NCBI RefSeq assembly: GCF_000008305.1
Contig: NC_006055.1
Span: 60,001 to 92,000, forward strand
DNA from: Mesoplasma florum L1
GTDB taxonomy: Bacteria; Bacillota_I; Bacilli_A; Mycoplasmatales; Mycoplasmataceae
Length of the DNA stretch: 32,000 nt
Reading direction: 5' to 3'
Numbering within the stretch: the first letter of the stretch is position 1; each line of letters begins with the position of its first letter. The notes under the pieces were generated by a model. That model searched no databases. It saw nothing but the letters and a program-made list of their open reading frames with translations, and had not been told where the DNA came from. Shown here piece after piece: positions 8,012 to 21,164 of this stretch. The position numbers and the translations under genes were made by a program.

Positions 8012-8990
8012 TCTAAAATTTTTATTATTTTTAGTGTTATACCTTTTTATAATTTTATCTATTAAAAATCCATTTACAATTAATAAAATTAAAGATATAG
8101 AAATTGTAAATGATGTGTCAGTTATTCAATGTGTTCTTTGAAATAATTTGTGTATATTGCATTAAATTAATGTGAATAAATCATATTACTAAAAATGCTT
8201 ATTTTCAAATATTTATGTTTCTATTCTTTCTTTGTAAAAACAGATTCTACTGTTCCTTCATTTAAAATCCCCTCAACTCTTAATTGTATGACCAGTTTGC
8301 ATTCAATAGTCTCTTCATTCAGGCTGAAGTCTATCAGAGTAAAACAAGTTAAAAAAATCTACGCTATAAAAGTAAGGTCTACCGAAAACAGGCTTCATTA
8401 TTCATACAACTAAACTTGATAATATATAAATAGTTAAAGTTTTAATTGAGTCAACTCTGTAACCATTTTTTAAAAGGCCTGCTCTATTAGAAAATTTAAA
8501 TCTAAGATAATAAAAAGTTGCAACGAAACCTAATGTTTCTATAATAAAAATTGCAATTAAAATATATTGTCTTATTTTTTGACTATCAAGAAATCAGCCA
8601 TTTACACCTGGACCAAATTCATCGTTTCTATTAGGCGCAGAAACAATCTCAATAATATTAAATGAAAGTCAAAAAACTAATCAACCAACATAGTATAAAA
8701 TAAGTATAATTTTTCACTTCATGCTTTTATTTAATGAAATGAAAGTAACTTCTAAAATAACGACGATAAATAGAAATATAAAAATAAATGATTGAGTCAT
8801 TCCAGCTTTTTTTATAAACCCAAACTATTATTTTGATAACCCTGTTGTTCATTCCTTTAGCAAATCAAGAATTTATTTGCATGTCAAAAAAACTTCCTAC
8901 AAAGAAAAGTGTTACTGAAAGAACTAAAAAACTTATAACCAAAACCTTTAAAATAGTATATTAATTATTTTTCTTTTGAAATGTGTTCAT
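8012..8990 (-). pseudogene. Decayed PAP2-like membrane phosphatase gene with several frameshifts
   Basis: Reverse-strand coding fragments lie in different frames: VLVISFLVLSVTLFFVGSFFDMQINSWFAK / NEQQGYQNNSLG / FIKKAGMTQSFIFIFLFIVVILEVTF...VVWIMKPVFGRPYFIA* / VDFFNLFYSDRLQPEWRDYW / MQYTQIIS / RTHWITDTSFTISISLILL...KNFR*. KxxxGRP and HWxTD resemble PAP2 motifs 1 and 3. No clean SGH segment found. Boundaries approximate. Confidence 0.7.
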
Positions 8991-9918
8991 TTTTTATTTT
9001 ATTAACCTTAGAATTTTTATTTCTTGATTCACTTGCCATTTTTTCAACATCAGCAACATAAGCTCACATTTTTTGTTTCTTTAGAAATTTACTCAAACCA
9101 TATCAATTGACTCTTATTGGTTTTAAATTAACTCTACCAATAGGCAATCTATCCTGAATTGTTGTAATTTTCTTATTGGTTAAAATTAATTCTTTGCTTT
9201 CGTTTAATCTTTTTGAAATATTTTTATTAATTTCATCAATGTGTTCAAAAATATTATCAATATTTCCGTATTTATTTAAAAGGTCTATTGCTTGAGCATA
9301 ATGTAAATATCTAACACCTTTGATATTGTCACTAGGATCACCCATCAGCGCTTTTATATCAGCAACTTGACTAGGATGACATCCAAATTTTTCAACAACT
9401 TTTTCGTGATCAATTAAAATATGCTCGTCATCTTTACTACTATTAGTAATTACTGTAGTTCTTTCACCAACAAGCTGGAAAATATCTTTATCATTTGACA
9501 ATATATGTACGTCATAGTCTAATTTGAGAGCTATTCTGTTAATTGTTCCGATAATATCATCAGCTTCGTATCTAGGCATTTCATATCATGGAATATTAGC
9601 CGCAGTTAAAAATTCTCTAATGATTTGTTTTTGTGGAACTAAATCTTCAGGAGTTTCTTTTCTTTTTGCTTTATATTCTGGATACAATTCTCGACGTCAA
9701 CAACCTTCATCCATGTCTAAAGTAACAATGATGCTGTAGTAGTTATTTTTCTTTACTAATTGATTAATTTTTGCAACAAAAGTGTAAATCGCATTGATCG
9801 GAACACCTTCTCTGTTAGTTGCTAATTTCTTTCTCTTAAGAGTTCCGTAGTAACCCTTATGTAGCAAATGATACCCGTCGATAATTAATATCGTGCGTTT
9901 TTCATTTAATGTATTCAT
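8965..9918 (-). CDS. 5'-3' exonuclease (PolA N-terminal domain-like), 317 aa
   Basis: MNTLNEKRTILIIDGYHLLHKGYYGTLKRKK...MPRYEADDIIGTINRIALKLDYDVHILSNDKDIFQLV...ALMGDPSDNIKGV. Frame continues through TGA=Trp to TAA at 8965-8967. Confidence 0.92.
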
Positions 9919-9976
9919 TTTTCTAAATCCTTACAAAGAGATTATAACATACTATCTAATTTAAATATAATTATAC

Positions 9977-10537
9977 TTAATTAAGCAAATGTTTGATTTC
10001 AAGAAGAGTTTCTTCAAAAGTATTTAATTCAAAAATACATAATGATTCATTAAATGTTTTGTTCATAATTTCAATATTATTTTTAGATAAAAATAATTCG
10101 ATATCCTTTATATTATTAATTTTAAATGTGATACTTAAACTATTTATTTCTTTAATTTCTTCAAGCTCAACAATTTTTATAATATTAGCTGCGCTTGAAG
10201 TATATGCTCTGGTCAAAGGACCAGCACCAAGTTTTATTCCACCGAAGTATCTTGTAACCAATACACAAATGTTAGTTAAATTATTTTTTTCTATTACGTT
10301 AAAAATGGGTTTTCCTGCAGTGCCTTTTGGTTCTCCATCATCACTGTAACCACCAAAAACATTTTTAGTGCCAATTTTGTAAGCATAACAATTATGTCTG
10401 GCATCTTTTAAAGAAAAGTCTTTTAAAAACTGCTCTAATTCTTCTTTGGAATTAACCTGAAAAGCGGTACAAATAAATTTTGATTTCTTAATTTCTGTAG
10501 TTTCAGAGTAAACCATTTTAGTCTTTATTGTTTTCAA
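9977..10537 (-). CDS. YigZ/IMPACT family protein (TTG start at 10537 with AGGAG, or ATG at 10516)
   Basis: ETTEIKKSKFICTAFQVNSKEELEQFLKDFSLKDARHNCYAYKIG...YSDDGEPKGTAGKPIFNVIEKNNLTNICVLVTRYFGGIKLGAGPLTRAY. The track extends the N-terminus implausibly into the secA 5' region. Confidence 0.9.
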   Translation of the reverse strand: MKTIKTKMVYSETTEIKKSKFICTAFQVNSKEELEQFLKDFSLKDARHNCYAYKIGTKNVFGGYSDDGEPKGTAGKPIFNVIEKNNLTNICVLVTRYFGGIKLGAGPLTRAYTSSAANIIKIVELEEIKEINSLSITFKINNIKDIELFLSKNNIEIMNKTFNESLCIFELNTFEETLLEIKHLLN

Positions 10538-10614
10538 AGTACTTTTCTCCTTTACTAAATAGATTATAATCATTATAATAATTAAAGTTAAAAATTTATT
10601 AAGTAGGAGGCAAA

Positions 10615-13446
10615 ATGGCATCAGATAAAAGTTTACTTCGCATGTATGGAAAATATGCAAACGAAATTCTTTCATTAGAACCTGAAATGAAAAAACTTGC
10701 AAATGAAGATTTTGCAATCAAAACTCAGGAATTAAGAGATAGGATAGCAAATGGAGAGCATGTAGATGATTTAGTTGTTGAAGCTTATGCTTTAGCTAGA
10801 GAAGCTGCAAACCGTGTCTTAGGATTAAATGCATATAAAGTTCAATTAGTAGGGGCAATAATTTTACACTTTGGTGATATTGCTGAAATGAGAACCGGAG
10901 AAGGTAAGACACTTACAGGGTTATTCCCAGCGTATTTAAATAGCTTAACTGGTAAAGGTGTTCACATCGTTACTGTTAATGAATACTTATCAAGACGTGA
11001 CTCTGAAATAAATGGTCAAGTTTTTGACTTGCTTGGTGTATCAGTTGGATTAAACGGAACAAGAATGCCAAAAAACCTTAAAAGAGAAGCTTATCATGCT
11101 GATATAACATATACAACAAACGCTGAATTAGGATTTGACTATTTAAGAGATAATATGGTTGTTGATAAAGAACATAAAGTTCAAAGAGAATTAAACTTTG
11201 CAATTATTGATGAGGCTGACTCAGTTTTAATTGATGAAGCTAGAACACCTTTAATAATTTCTGGAGGTAGTTCTTCAAGAATTAATTTATATAAGGCTGC
11301 TGATGAGTTTGCTCAAAAAGTAAATGAGAAAGAAGATATTGATATTGATTTAGAAACAAAACAAGTCTATCTTACAGAAACTGGAATGAAAAAAGCAAAG
11401 GATTTCTTTTCTTTAGAAAATTTATTTGCTCTAGAAAATACTGAAATATTTCACTTGATCTTAAATGCATTAAAAGCACACTTTACTTTTAAAGAAGGTG
11501 TTGAATATACTGTTGCCAGTGGTGAAGTTGAGTTAATTGATCAATTTACAGGACGTATTTTAAAAGGACGTGCCTATTCAGATGGATTACAACAAGCTAT
11601 TCAGGCAAAAGAAAAAGTTGAGATTGAAGAAGAAACAACAACATTAGCAACAATTACATACCAAAACTTTTATCGTTTATATGCAAAACTTTCAGGGATG
11701 ACTGGTACTGCAAAAACTGAAGAAGAAGAATTTATTAAAATTTATAATACAAGAGTTGTTGTCTGTCCAACAAATAGACCTGTTATAAGAAAAGATGAAC
11801 CAGATTATACATTTGGTACTAAACATGCTGCTTTAAAAAAATTAATCCAAGACATTAAAACTGTAAACGAAATAGGTAATCCAATCCTTATTGGTACAAC
11901 AAGTGTTGAATCATCTGAGCAAATTGCTCGTTATTTAGAAAAAGCGGGATTAAATTTTGAAATGATTAATGCTAAAAACCACGATAGGGAAGCTGATATA
12001 GTTTCTCAAGCTGGTCAAAAATACGCTATCACTCTAGCTACAAACATGGCTGGTCGTGGTACTGATATTAAATTAAGTCAAGAAGTTAAAGACTTAGGTG
12101 GTTTAGTTGTTTTTGGAGTTGAAAGAAATGAAGCAAGACGTATTGATAATCAATTAAGAGGTAGAAGTGGACGTCAGGGAGATCCTGGTATGTCAAGATT
12201 CTATATTTCTATGGAAGATGATTTAATGATTAGATTTGCTTCACCTAGAGCAAGAAAAAGCTTTTTAAGTTTAGGTGATGAGCATATAAAATCTAAGTTC
12301 TTCACAAGAGCAGTTACAAATGCTCAGAAAAAACTTGAAGGATTAAACTTTGACCAACGTAAAAACGTTTTAGACTATGATAATATCTTGGCACAACAAC
12401 GTGAAGCGATGTATGCACAACGTGATTCAATTTTATGAGCTGATAATTTAAAAGTTGTTATTAAAAAATTCCAAATAACAGTAGCATATGAAATGATTGA
12501 AGAAAATTCTGAAATAGTTCATGGTGAAAAAACTTTAAACGCTGAAAAACTACTTAAATCAATCGATGGTAAACTTGTTGCGCATAAAAGATTTGTTGCA
12601 AAAGATTTCTATAATAAAGAAAAGATGAATTTAGCAGTGCAACTAGCAGAAGCGATGCTTGAATTCTATAAAGCAAGAGTCATTGACATACCTGATGATG
12701 TTGTTCTTCAAATGGAAAGAAAAAATGTTTTAACTTCATTTGACAAATACTGAACAAGACACATAGATATAGCTTCAAAATTAAAAGCAGGTATTTATTT
12801 ACAACAATATGCCCAAAATAACCCTCTTGCTGTATATGTTGAACAAGCAACAGAATTGTTTAATAAAACAAAAATATATATAGCTTCAGAAGTAGTAGAT
12901 GTACTATCAAAAATTATCATTAGAGATCCTGAACAAAACGTTGAATCTCAAAAAATAGAAATTACTGACGAAATAATAGATGACATTTTAAAATCTACAG
13001 GTTTAACAAAAGCAAATATTAATAATAAAGATATTAATGCAAAATTTGATGAATTAATTGCTAAAGCAGATAATCAAAACGATATTAAAAAACTATCAAT
13101 ACAAAGAGATATCATGTTAGGTTTAGTTATTGAAATTCAAAAACGAAGAGAAAATTCAGGAAATAAAACTGTCAATCTTGGAAAAGAAGAAATCGATCAA
13201 ATGTTAGCAATACTTGGCATTGATAACATTGGTTCAACTTCAAAAGAAGAAATTATTTCTAAGTATGAAGAAAAACTAAAATTAGCAGAAGATGATAAAA
13301 CTAAAAATCTTATAAATATAGCAAAAGATGTTATTATTGCGCTATATGAACAAATTGAATTAATTAAAAAAGATGCAAGTTCTTTGAAATCAGTTATCGA
13401 CGATGACAATGATGGTGGGGAAGTTGCCAAAACAAGAATTGGTTAG
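10615..13446 (+). CDS. secA: Preprotein translocase ATPase SecA, 943 aa
   Basis: MRTGEGKTLTGLFPAYLNSLTG, VHIVTVNEYLSRRD, FDYLRDNM, LIDEARTPLIISG, GMTGTAKTEEEEF, ATNMAGRGTDIKL, LRGRSGRQGDPG. Three track ORFs are in one frame through TGA. Confidence 0.98.
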
Positions 13447-13447
13447 A

Positions 13448-13480
13448 ACTAAACACTAGAGCAAACTCTAGTGTTTTAGT
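13448..13480 (+). terminator. Terminator/hairpin after secA
   Basis: ACTAAACACTAGAG-caaa-CTCTAGTGTTTTAGT long stem. Confidence 0.7.
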
Positions 13481-13506
13481 CATTATTTAATAGAAAAGGT
13501 GCAAAA

Positions 13507-15510
13507 ATGAAATATATTAGTGATAAAAAATTTGAATTAAATAGTTTTTTTAAACCTGGGGGAGATCAACCCAAAGCAATTGAAAAATTATTAAAAGGTT
13601 TAAAAGAAAATAAAAAACACCAAGTTCTTTTAGGTGCTACTGGAACTGGTAAAACATTCACAATGGCAAATATAATTAAAGAAATTAATAAACCAACTTT
13701 AGTTCTTGCACATAACAAAACTTTAGCTATGCAATTGTATTATGAGTTGATGGAATTCTTTCCTAATAATAGAGTTGAGTATTTTGTTTCAAATTTCGAC
13801 TTCTTTCAACCTGAAGCATATAAGCCTGCGACTGATTTATATATTAATAAAGATGCCAGAATTAATATGGAACTTGATATGTTGAGAATGAGCGCTATGA
13901 ATGCATTATCAATTTCTAATGACACAATAGTAGTTGCATCTGTTGCCGCAATATATCCATCACAAGATCCTGTTCAATATGCATCAAGTTTTTTTGAATT
14001 GAAAACTGGGCAAAAATTTTCTAAAAGAGAATTATTAACATATTTAGTTAAAACAGGATATACAAGAAACGACATTGAAAATTCACCAGGTACTTTTAGT
14101 GTAAAAGGTGATGTTATAAAAGTAGTTCCAGGATGATCTTTATCAGCTATGTATCGTTTTTCATTATTTGATGATCATATAGAAATGATAGACATGTTAA
14201 ATGTTGTAACGGGGGCTTTAATTGAAAGAATCTCAACTGTTACAATATATCCTGCTCAAGCTTATGTGACACCTGAAGATAAGTTAAAACAAGCTTGCTT
14301 GAACATAAGAGAAGAACTTGCGGTTAGAGTTAAAGAATTAAAAGAAGAAGGAAAACTATTAGAAGCAGAAAGATTAGATCAAAGAACAAGATATGATTTA
14401 GAAAGTTTAGAAGAGTTTGGATTTTGTAGTGGTATTGAAAATTATTCTGCACACTTAGATTTTAGAGCGCCAGGAGAGACCCCATATACTTTATTAGATT
14501 ATTTTAAAGGAGATTTTTTAACTATAATTGATGAATCACACATAATGGTTTCTCAAGTTAGAGGTATGTATAATACTGATAGAAGTAGAAAACAAACTCT
14601 TGTAGAGTATGGTTTTAGATTGCCTTCAGCATTAGATAATAGACCTTTAAATTTTGAAGAATTTACAGGAAAATTAAAACAAGTAATTTATACATCAGCT
14701 ACACCAGGTGATTATGAATTAGAACTTGTTAATCATGAAGTTGTTGAACAAATTATTAGACCAACGGGTTTATTAGATCCAGTAATCGAAGTTAAAAAAA
14801 CAGAAGGTCAAATAGAAGATATAATTGAACAAATTCATGAAAGAAAAAAAGTAAATGAAAAGGTATTTATTACAACTTTAACAATTAGAATGAGTGAAGA
14901 TTTAACAAGTTACTTACAAGAAAGAAATATTAAAGTAGCATATTTACATTCAGAATTAAAAACACTTGAAAGAAGCGATATTTTAAATGATCTTAGAAGA
15001 GGCGTTTATGATGCTGTTGTTGGAGTTAACTTATTACGTGAAGGGTTGGATTTACCTGAAGTGAGTTTAGTTTGTGTTCTAGATGCAGATAAACAAGGTT
15101 TTTTAAGAAATACAAAATCACTAATTCAAACAGCTGGTAGAGCTGCTAGAAATGCTAATGGTAAAGTTATTTTTTATGCAGATACAATTTCAACATCAAT
15201 GCAAGAAGCTATGGATGAAACAAATCGTAGACGAGAAATTCAACAAGCTTACAATAAAGAACATAATATAACTCCAGTAACTATAACAAAGAAAATCAAT
15301 CAATCAACTTTAAGTGAAGCAACTAAAAAAGAACTTGAAAAAATTAAAAAACAAAAAACTGCAAAAGGCAAAAAAGAAGCTTATCAAAAAACAATTGATG
15401 ATATTAGAGCTGAAATGATTCAAGCAGCAAAGGATTTAGATTTTGAAAAAGCAGCAGTTTTAAGAGATACAATAATTGAACTAGAAGCTAAGAAAAGTGA
15501 GGTAAAATAA
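13507..15510 (+). CDS. uvrB: Excinuclease ABC subunit B
   Basis: GGDQPKAIEKLLKGL, LLGATGTGKTFTMANII, DYFKGDFLTIIDESHIMVSQVRGMYNTDRSRKQTLVEYGFRLPSALDNRPL, GVNLLREGLDLPEVSLVCVLDADKQGFLR. In-frame TGA at 14137 region read as Trp. Confidence 0.98.
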
Positions 15511-18359
15511 TGGAAAATAAAATAGTAATAAAAGGTGCAAGAGAAAACAATTTAAAAAACGTTGACTTAGAAATACCAAAAAATAAGCTAGTTGTTTTTA
15601 CTGGATTAAGTGGTAGTGGTAAATCATCATTAGCTTTTGCAACAATTTATGCTGAAGGTAGAAGAAGATATATTGAATCTCTTTCAGCATATGCAAGACA
15701 ATTCTTAGGTGGAAATGAAAAACCTGATGTTGATTCAATCGAAGGTTTAAGCCCCGCAATTTCAATTGACCAAAAGACTACATCTCATAACCCGAGATCA
15801 ACTGTTGGAACTGTGACTGAAATTTATGATTACTTAAGATTGCTTTATGCAAGAGTTGGGACACCATATTGTATTAACGGTCATGGGCAAATACATGCTG
15901 CAACAATTAAAGAAATTATTAATAATATTAAAAGTACAACTGAAGATAATGAACAGGTTTATGTTTTATCTCCAGTTGTTAGAGATAAAAAAGGAACACA
16001 TAAGGACTTACTAGCTAAATTGTTAGGTGAAGGTTTTATTAGAGTATCTATAAATGGTGAAATCAAAATGTTAGAAGAAGAAATCATTTTAGATAAAAAT
16101 CAAAGACATAATATTGATATTGTTGTTGATCGTCTAATCTATCATAATGATGATGAAGTTCATTCAAGACTTTTCTCTGCAATTGAAATCGCTTTACAAT
16201 ATTCAAATAGTTTAGTGAAAATAAAATATCCTGAAACTGAAAATAAAGAAGATAATTTATTTTCAAACTCATACTCATGTAATGTTTGTGGATTTAACAT
16301 ACCAGAATTAGAACCAAGATTATTTTCATTTAATGCACCGTTAGGAGCATGTGGAGATTGTGATGGTTTAGGTGTAAGATTGGTTTCTGACCCAGAGCTA
16401 ATAATTCCAGATAAATCTTTATCAATTAATCAAGGAGGAGTTGTTTACTTTAAAAACTTTTTAAATACAGATAATTTAGAGTGACAAAAATTTAAAATTT
16501 TATGTGATTACTATTACATTGATATGAATTTGCCAATTGATCAACTTACTAATAAACAAATTAAGGCAATTCTTAGAGGTAGTGAAGAACAAATTGAAAT
16601 AAAACTATTAAGCAGTAGTGGAAGAAGATATGATTCATATGATTTTGTTGAAGGAGTTGCTGATTTAATTCAAAGAAGATATTTTGAAACAAAGTCTGAA
16701 GAAATTAGAAAATGATATACAAAATTTATGTCCTCAAGTGTTTGTCAGTCATGTGATGGAGCTAGATTAAACCCAACAGCATTATCAATAAAAATTGCTG
16801 ATAAAAATATTTTTGATTTTACAAAAATGAGCATACAAGATGAATTAGAATTTATCTTAAATGTTGAATTAACTCAAACTCAAGCACAAATAGCAAACTT
16901 AGTTTTAACAGAAATTACAAATAGAATAAGTTTTTTAAATGAAGTTGGATTAGGTTATTTAGATTTAGCGAGAACTGCAACGACTTTATCTGGTGGAGAA
17001 GCACAAAGAATTAGGTTAGCAAAACAAATTGGTAGTCAACTGACAGGTATTTTATATGTACTTGATGAACCATCAATTGGATTACATCAAAGAGATAATG
17101 ATAAACTGATAAAAACATTGAAACATTTAAGAGATCTTGGAAATACTTTAATAGTTGTTGAACATGACGAAGATACAATGAAAACAGCTGATTGAATTGT
17201 TGATGTTGGACCTCAAGCTGGTGAGCACGGAGGACAAATTACATTTAGTGGTACTTATGATGAAATATTAAAGTCAGACACAATTACGGGTAGATATTTA
17301 TCTGGTAAAGAATCTATTCCTGTTCCTAAAAAACGTAGAAGTGGTAACGGACAAAAAATTGATATTGTAGGTGCAAGAGAAAATAACCTAAAAAATGTTA
17401 ATGTCTCTATTCCATTAAATAAATTTATTGCAATCACAGGAGTAAGTGGTAGTGGTAAGTCAACTTTATTAGAAGATATTATTTATAAAGGTATAAGAAA
17501 AAATCTAGCAAGAGAAACAATAGTAACTGGAAAATTTAGTAAAATGAATGGTCTAGAAAATATTGATAAAGTTATTTTTATTTCACAAGAACCAATTGGT
17601 AAAACACCAAGATCAAACCCCGCAACTTACACAGGTGTATTTGATGACATAAGAGATTTATTTACAAATCTACCTGAAGCTAAAATTAGAGGATACAAAA
17701 AAGGGAGATTTTCATTTAACGTACCTGGTGGTAGATGTGAACATTGTTTTGGTGATGGTGTAATAACAATTTCAATGCAATTTATGCCAAGTGTTGAAGT
17801 GGTTTGTGAAATTTGTGAAGGAAAAAGATATAACGATGAAACTTTACAAGTTAAATTTAAAGAAAAAACAATAGCTGATGTTTTAAATATGACTGTTGAA
17901 ACAGCTGCAGCCTTTTTTGAAAACATTCCAAGTATCAAAGATAAATTAGATACAATTCTTGAAGTTGGTTTAGGATATATAAGATTAGGTCAATCAGCTA
18001 CAACCTTATCTGGTGGAGAAGCTCAAAGAATTAAGTTATCTACTTATTTACTAAAAAAACAAACAGGTAAAACAATGTTCTTATTAGATGAACCAACAAC
18101 TGGTTTACATATTGATGATGTTAAAAGATTAGTTCATGTTTTAAATAAATTAGTAGACTTAGGAAACACTGTAGTAGCAATCGAACATAATTTAGACTTT
18201 ATTAAAGTCGCTGACCATGTTATCGATTTAGGACCAGAAGGTGGAATTGGCGGTGGATTAATTGTTGCTGCTGGAACACCAGAACAAGTTGCTGATACAA
18301 AAGGTTCATATACGGGAACTTATTTAAAGGAATATTTATATAATGATTTCAGTAGATAA
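15510..18359 (+). CDS. uvrA: Excinuclease ABC subunit A
   Basis: [64 protein letters not shown], two CxxC zinc modules, [19 protein letters not shown] and [18 protein letters not shown]. Start overlaps the uvrB stop. Confidence 0.98.
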
Positions 18360-19449
18360 GTTTTTAATACCTATTCAACAAAGATTTCAAAATGAATACA
18401 ATTTAGATAAAGTTTTAAAACAATTAAATAATATTGAAAAGAAGATACCAACTATTAATGTGGTTGGGACAAATGGAAAAGGAAGCACTTCTTTTTTCTT
18501 GTCTCATGGGCTAAAAACAAAATATAAAAAAGTTGGATTATTTATTTCTCCAGCTTTCTTATATCACAATGAGAGAATTCAAATTAATAACGAACCAATA
18601 AGTGATGAAGATCTAAAAAAATATATTTCAAAAGTTGAAAAATTTATTAAAGATTACAATCTAACATTTTTTGAAATATGAACTTTAATAGCAATCATGT
18701 ATTTTTATGATAACAAAGTTGATATTGCTGTAATTGAAGCAGGTATAGGTGGTTTAAAGGACTCAACAAATTTATTTTCAAATCAGATAGCAGCAATTTT
18801 AACATCTGTTTCATTTGATCACACAGAAATATTAGGTAATAAAATTGAAGAAATAATTGATCAAAAAGTTGGGATAGTAAAAGAAAATTCAACTTTATAT
18901 GTTAGTGCAGATAATAAAGAGCATTTTGAAACTATTAAAAATGCAATTAAGGTTAATGCAAGCATTATATATTCTGATAAATATGAAAAAGAAAAAATTG
19001 AATACCAAAAAGGCAACAAAGGTGTTGTTAAAAATATACTTCAAGATTTAGGGATAAAAGATTTATCATGTTTAAATTTAAATTCGTTAACTGGTAGATT
19101 TACAGAAATAGAATTTAAAGAGAAAAAAATAATAATAGATGGTGCTCACAATGTAGACGGAGTTAGAGCACTTATTTCAAGTGTCAGCAATAAAAAAGAT
19201 TGAACAGTTTTATATGGTGCAATTGATGGTAAAGAACATCAAAAAATATTAACAATGTTAGATGAGAATTTTGAAAATGTAAACATAACAACATTTGATT
19301 TTCATAAGGCCTGAGATATTGATTTAGTTAACCATATAAATAAAGTTAAAAATTGAAAAGAATTCATAGATTCTTCTGAAAAGAATATTATAATTTGTGG
19401 TAGTTTGTATTTTATACCGTTGGTTTATAAATATTTGTTAGAAAAATAG
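18343..19449 (+). CDS. folC: Folylpolyglutamate synthase/dihydrofolate synthase-like (Mur ligase family), 368 aa
   Basis: [97 protein letters not shown]. Overlaps the end of uvrA by 17 nt. Confidence 0.93.
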
Positions 19450-19464
19450 AAAGAAGGATTAATC

Positions 19465-20139
19465 ATGTTATTTTGAATTACTAATATAATTGCTATGTTA
19501 CTTATTATTGCTATGTTTTTTATTGGTATTTTTATTGATAAAATACATGCAAAAAAATTCACTGTCAAAAATATAACATTATTAGGTTTAATAGTTGCAT
19601 TGAGTATTATATTAACTAACGTTATAGGGTATTCGATGGTTTTTGGATTTAGAATTATGATTGGTAATTTCATGATTTTCTTTGCTGGAATGGTCTTCGG
19701 TCCATTAGGTGGAATTATGGCTGGTTTTTGCTCTGACTTAGTTGGATCAATGATTAATATAACTGGTACATTTCATTTTGGATTTATGCTTTCAAAAATA
19801 TTTATTGGTTTTTGTGGATCGTTGGTGTTTATTTTTAAGAAGAATAATTTCTGATTTATTAAAATGATATTCTTTTTAATCTTTAGTTTAGCGATAACAA
19901 GTTTTTTAATAACACCAATTTGTTTGGTAGCTAGTGGTTTAGGAAGTCTAGCAACAATTAATTATGTTAAAAAAATAATTATTCTTCCTATTGAGTTATT
20001 AATTTTTATTCCAAGCTTATTTGCTTGTTTAAAAATTTCTAGTTTGCTGTTAAAAAACGAAATACAACAGCCATCAAAACCTTGGTTTTTAAGGCATGGG
20101 GAATTGAAATTTCATATAGATAAAAAAGCAAATAAGTAG
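19465..20139 (+). CDS. folT: Folate ECF transporter S component (FolT-like), 224 aa
   Basis: TLLGLIVALSIILTNVIGYSMVFGFRIMIGNFMIFFAGMVFGPLGGIMAGFCSDLVGSMINITGTFHFGFMLSKIFIGFCGSL, plus position immediately downstream of folC. Confidence 0.8.
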
Positions 20140-20150
20140 TTTGCTTTTTT
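20122..20150 (+). terminator. Terminator overlapping the folT stop
   Basis: AAAAAAGCAAA-taagtag-TTTGCTTTTTT. Confidence 0.85.
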
Positions 20151-20224
20151 ATATTTGCTCACTATTATTTTTTTAATAAACAATTATAGTAAAATTATAA
20201 TAATAAAAACAAGGAGTTTTAAAG

Positions 20225-21157
20225 ATGAGTAAATTAACAATAAAAGAATTAGTAAATAAGTTTGATTTTGAGATCATTTCAGGAGCTGAACATATTGATA
20301 GTGAAATAACAGTTTATGGACTTAACCGTGCTGGATTAGAGTTAACAGGTTATTTCAATGAAAAAGAAGATAAGAAACATAAACGTGCAATTTTAATGTC
20401 TTCAAAAGAAAATAATTATATGTCTCAATTTTCTGATGAAGAAGCATATGAAAAATATAAAAACCTAATTAAAATGGGTTCTCCAGTAATAATAGTTACT
20501 CAAAAATTTACAGATGAAAGATTGAGTAAAATAGCAAAGGAATTTAACTTTCCGTTATTAAAAATTAATTACCCATCAACAAGTGAATTAACACAAAAAA
20601 TATTAGATATTTATGATTTATATTTTGCTCCTACAATAGAAGTGCATTCTACATTAATGAATATTTATGGAAAAGGAGTTCTTATCTTTGGACAATCAGG
20701 AATTGGTAAATCAGAAGTATCTCTAGAATTAATGAAAAAAAACCACTTGTTTGTTGGTGATGATAGAATAGTTATTTCAAATAGAAATAGTGAATTATTT
20801 GGTAAATCACATGCTCTTTTACAAAATTTAATTGAGGTTAGAGGAATTGGAATAATAGATATTTCAAAAGTTCAAGGACAACAATTAATAATGCCTGAGA
20901 CAAAGATACATATGGGTATTGAATTATTTAAATTTCAAGAAGGTGGAATTGACAATACTGATAGATTAGGCAATGAATGAACTCAAAAAGATTTCTTAGG
21001 ATTAAAAATACCTTACTTAAGAGTTCCTGTTAGTGCAGGACGAAACTTAGCAAATATTATAGAAGCCGCAGTTGGGCAATTAAAAGTTAACGAAAGTTCT
21101 GATGCTCAAGATATTATTGAATTATTAGCTAAAAGAAATAGTGAATTAGCAGAATAG
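20225..21157 (+). CDS. hprK: HPr kinase/phosphorylase, 310 aa
   Basis: GKGVLIFGQSGIGKSEVSLELMKKNHLFVGDDRIVI, VRGIGIIDI, LKIPYLRVPVSAGRNLANIIEAAVGQLK. Joins across TGA at 20978. Confidence 0.97.
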
Positions 21158-21164
21158 AGGAAAA

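Noticed and set aside
8195-8413. 72-aa + strand ORF (MLIFKYLCFYSFFVK...)
   Set aside because: It lies antisense to the frameshifted PAP2-like relict. The minus strand carries the family-like residues, so this ORF is a by-product.
9993-10349. 118-aa + strand ORF
   Set aside because: Fully antisense to the well-supported YigZ/IMPACT gene. No motif.
9977-10717. 246-aa version of the YigZ protein
   Set aside because: The N-terminal ~60 aa overlap the start of secA and look noncoding. A TTG at 10537 with AGGAG, or ATG at 10516, gives a normal-length protein.
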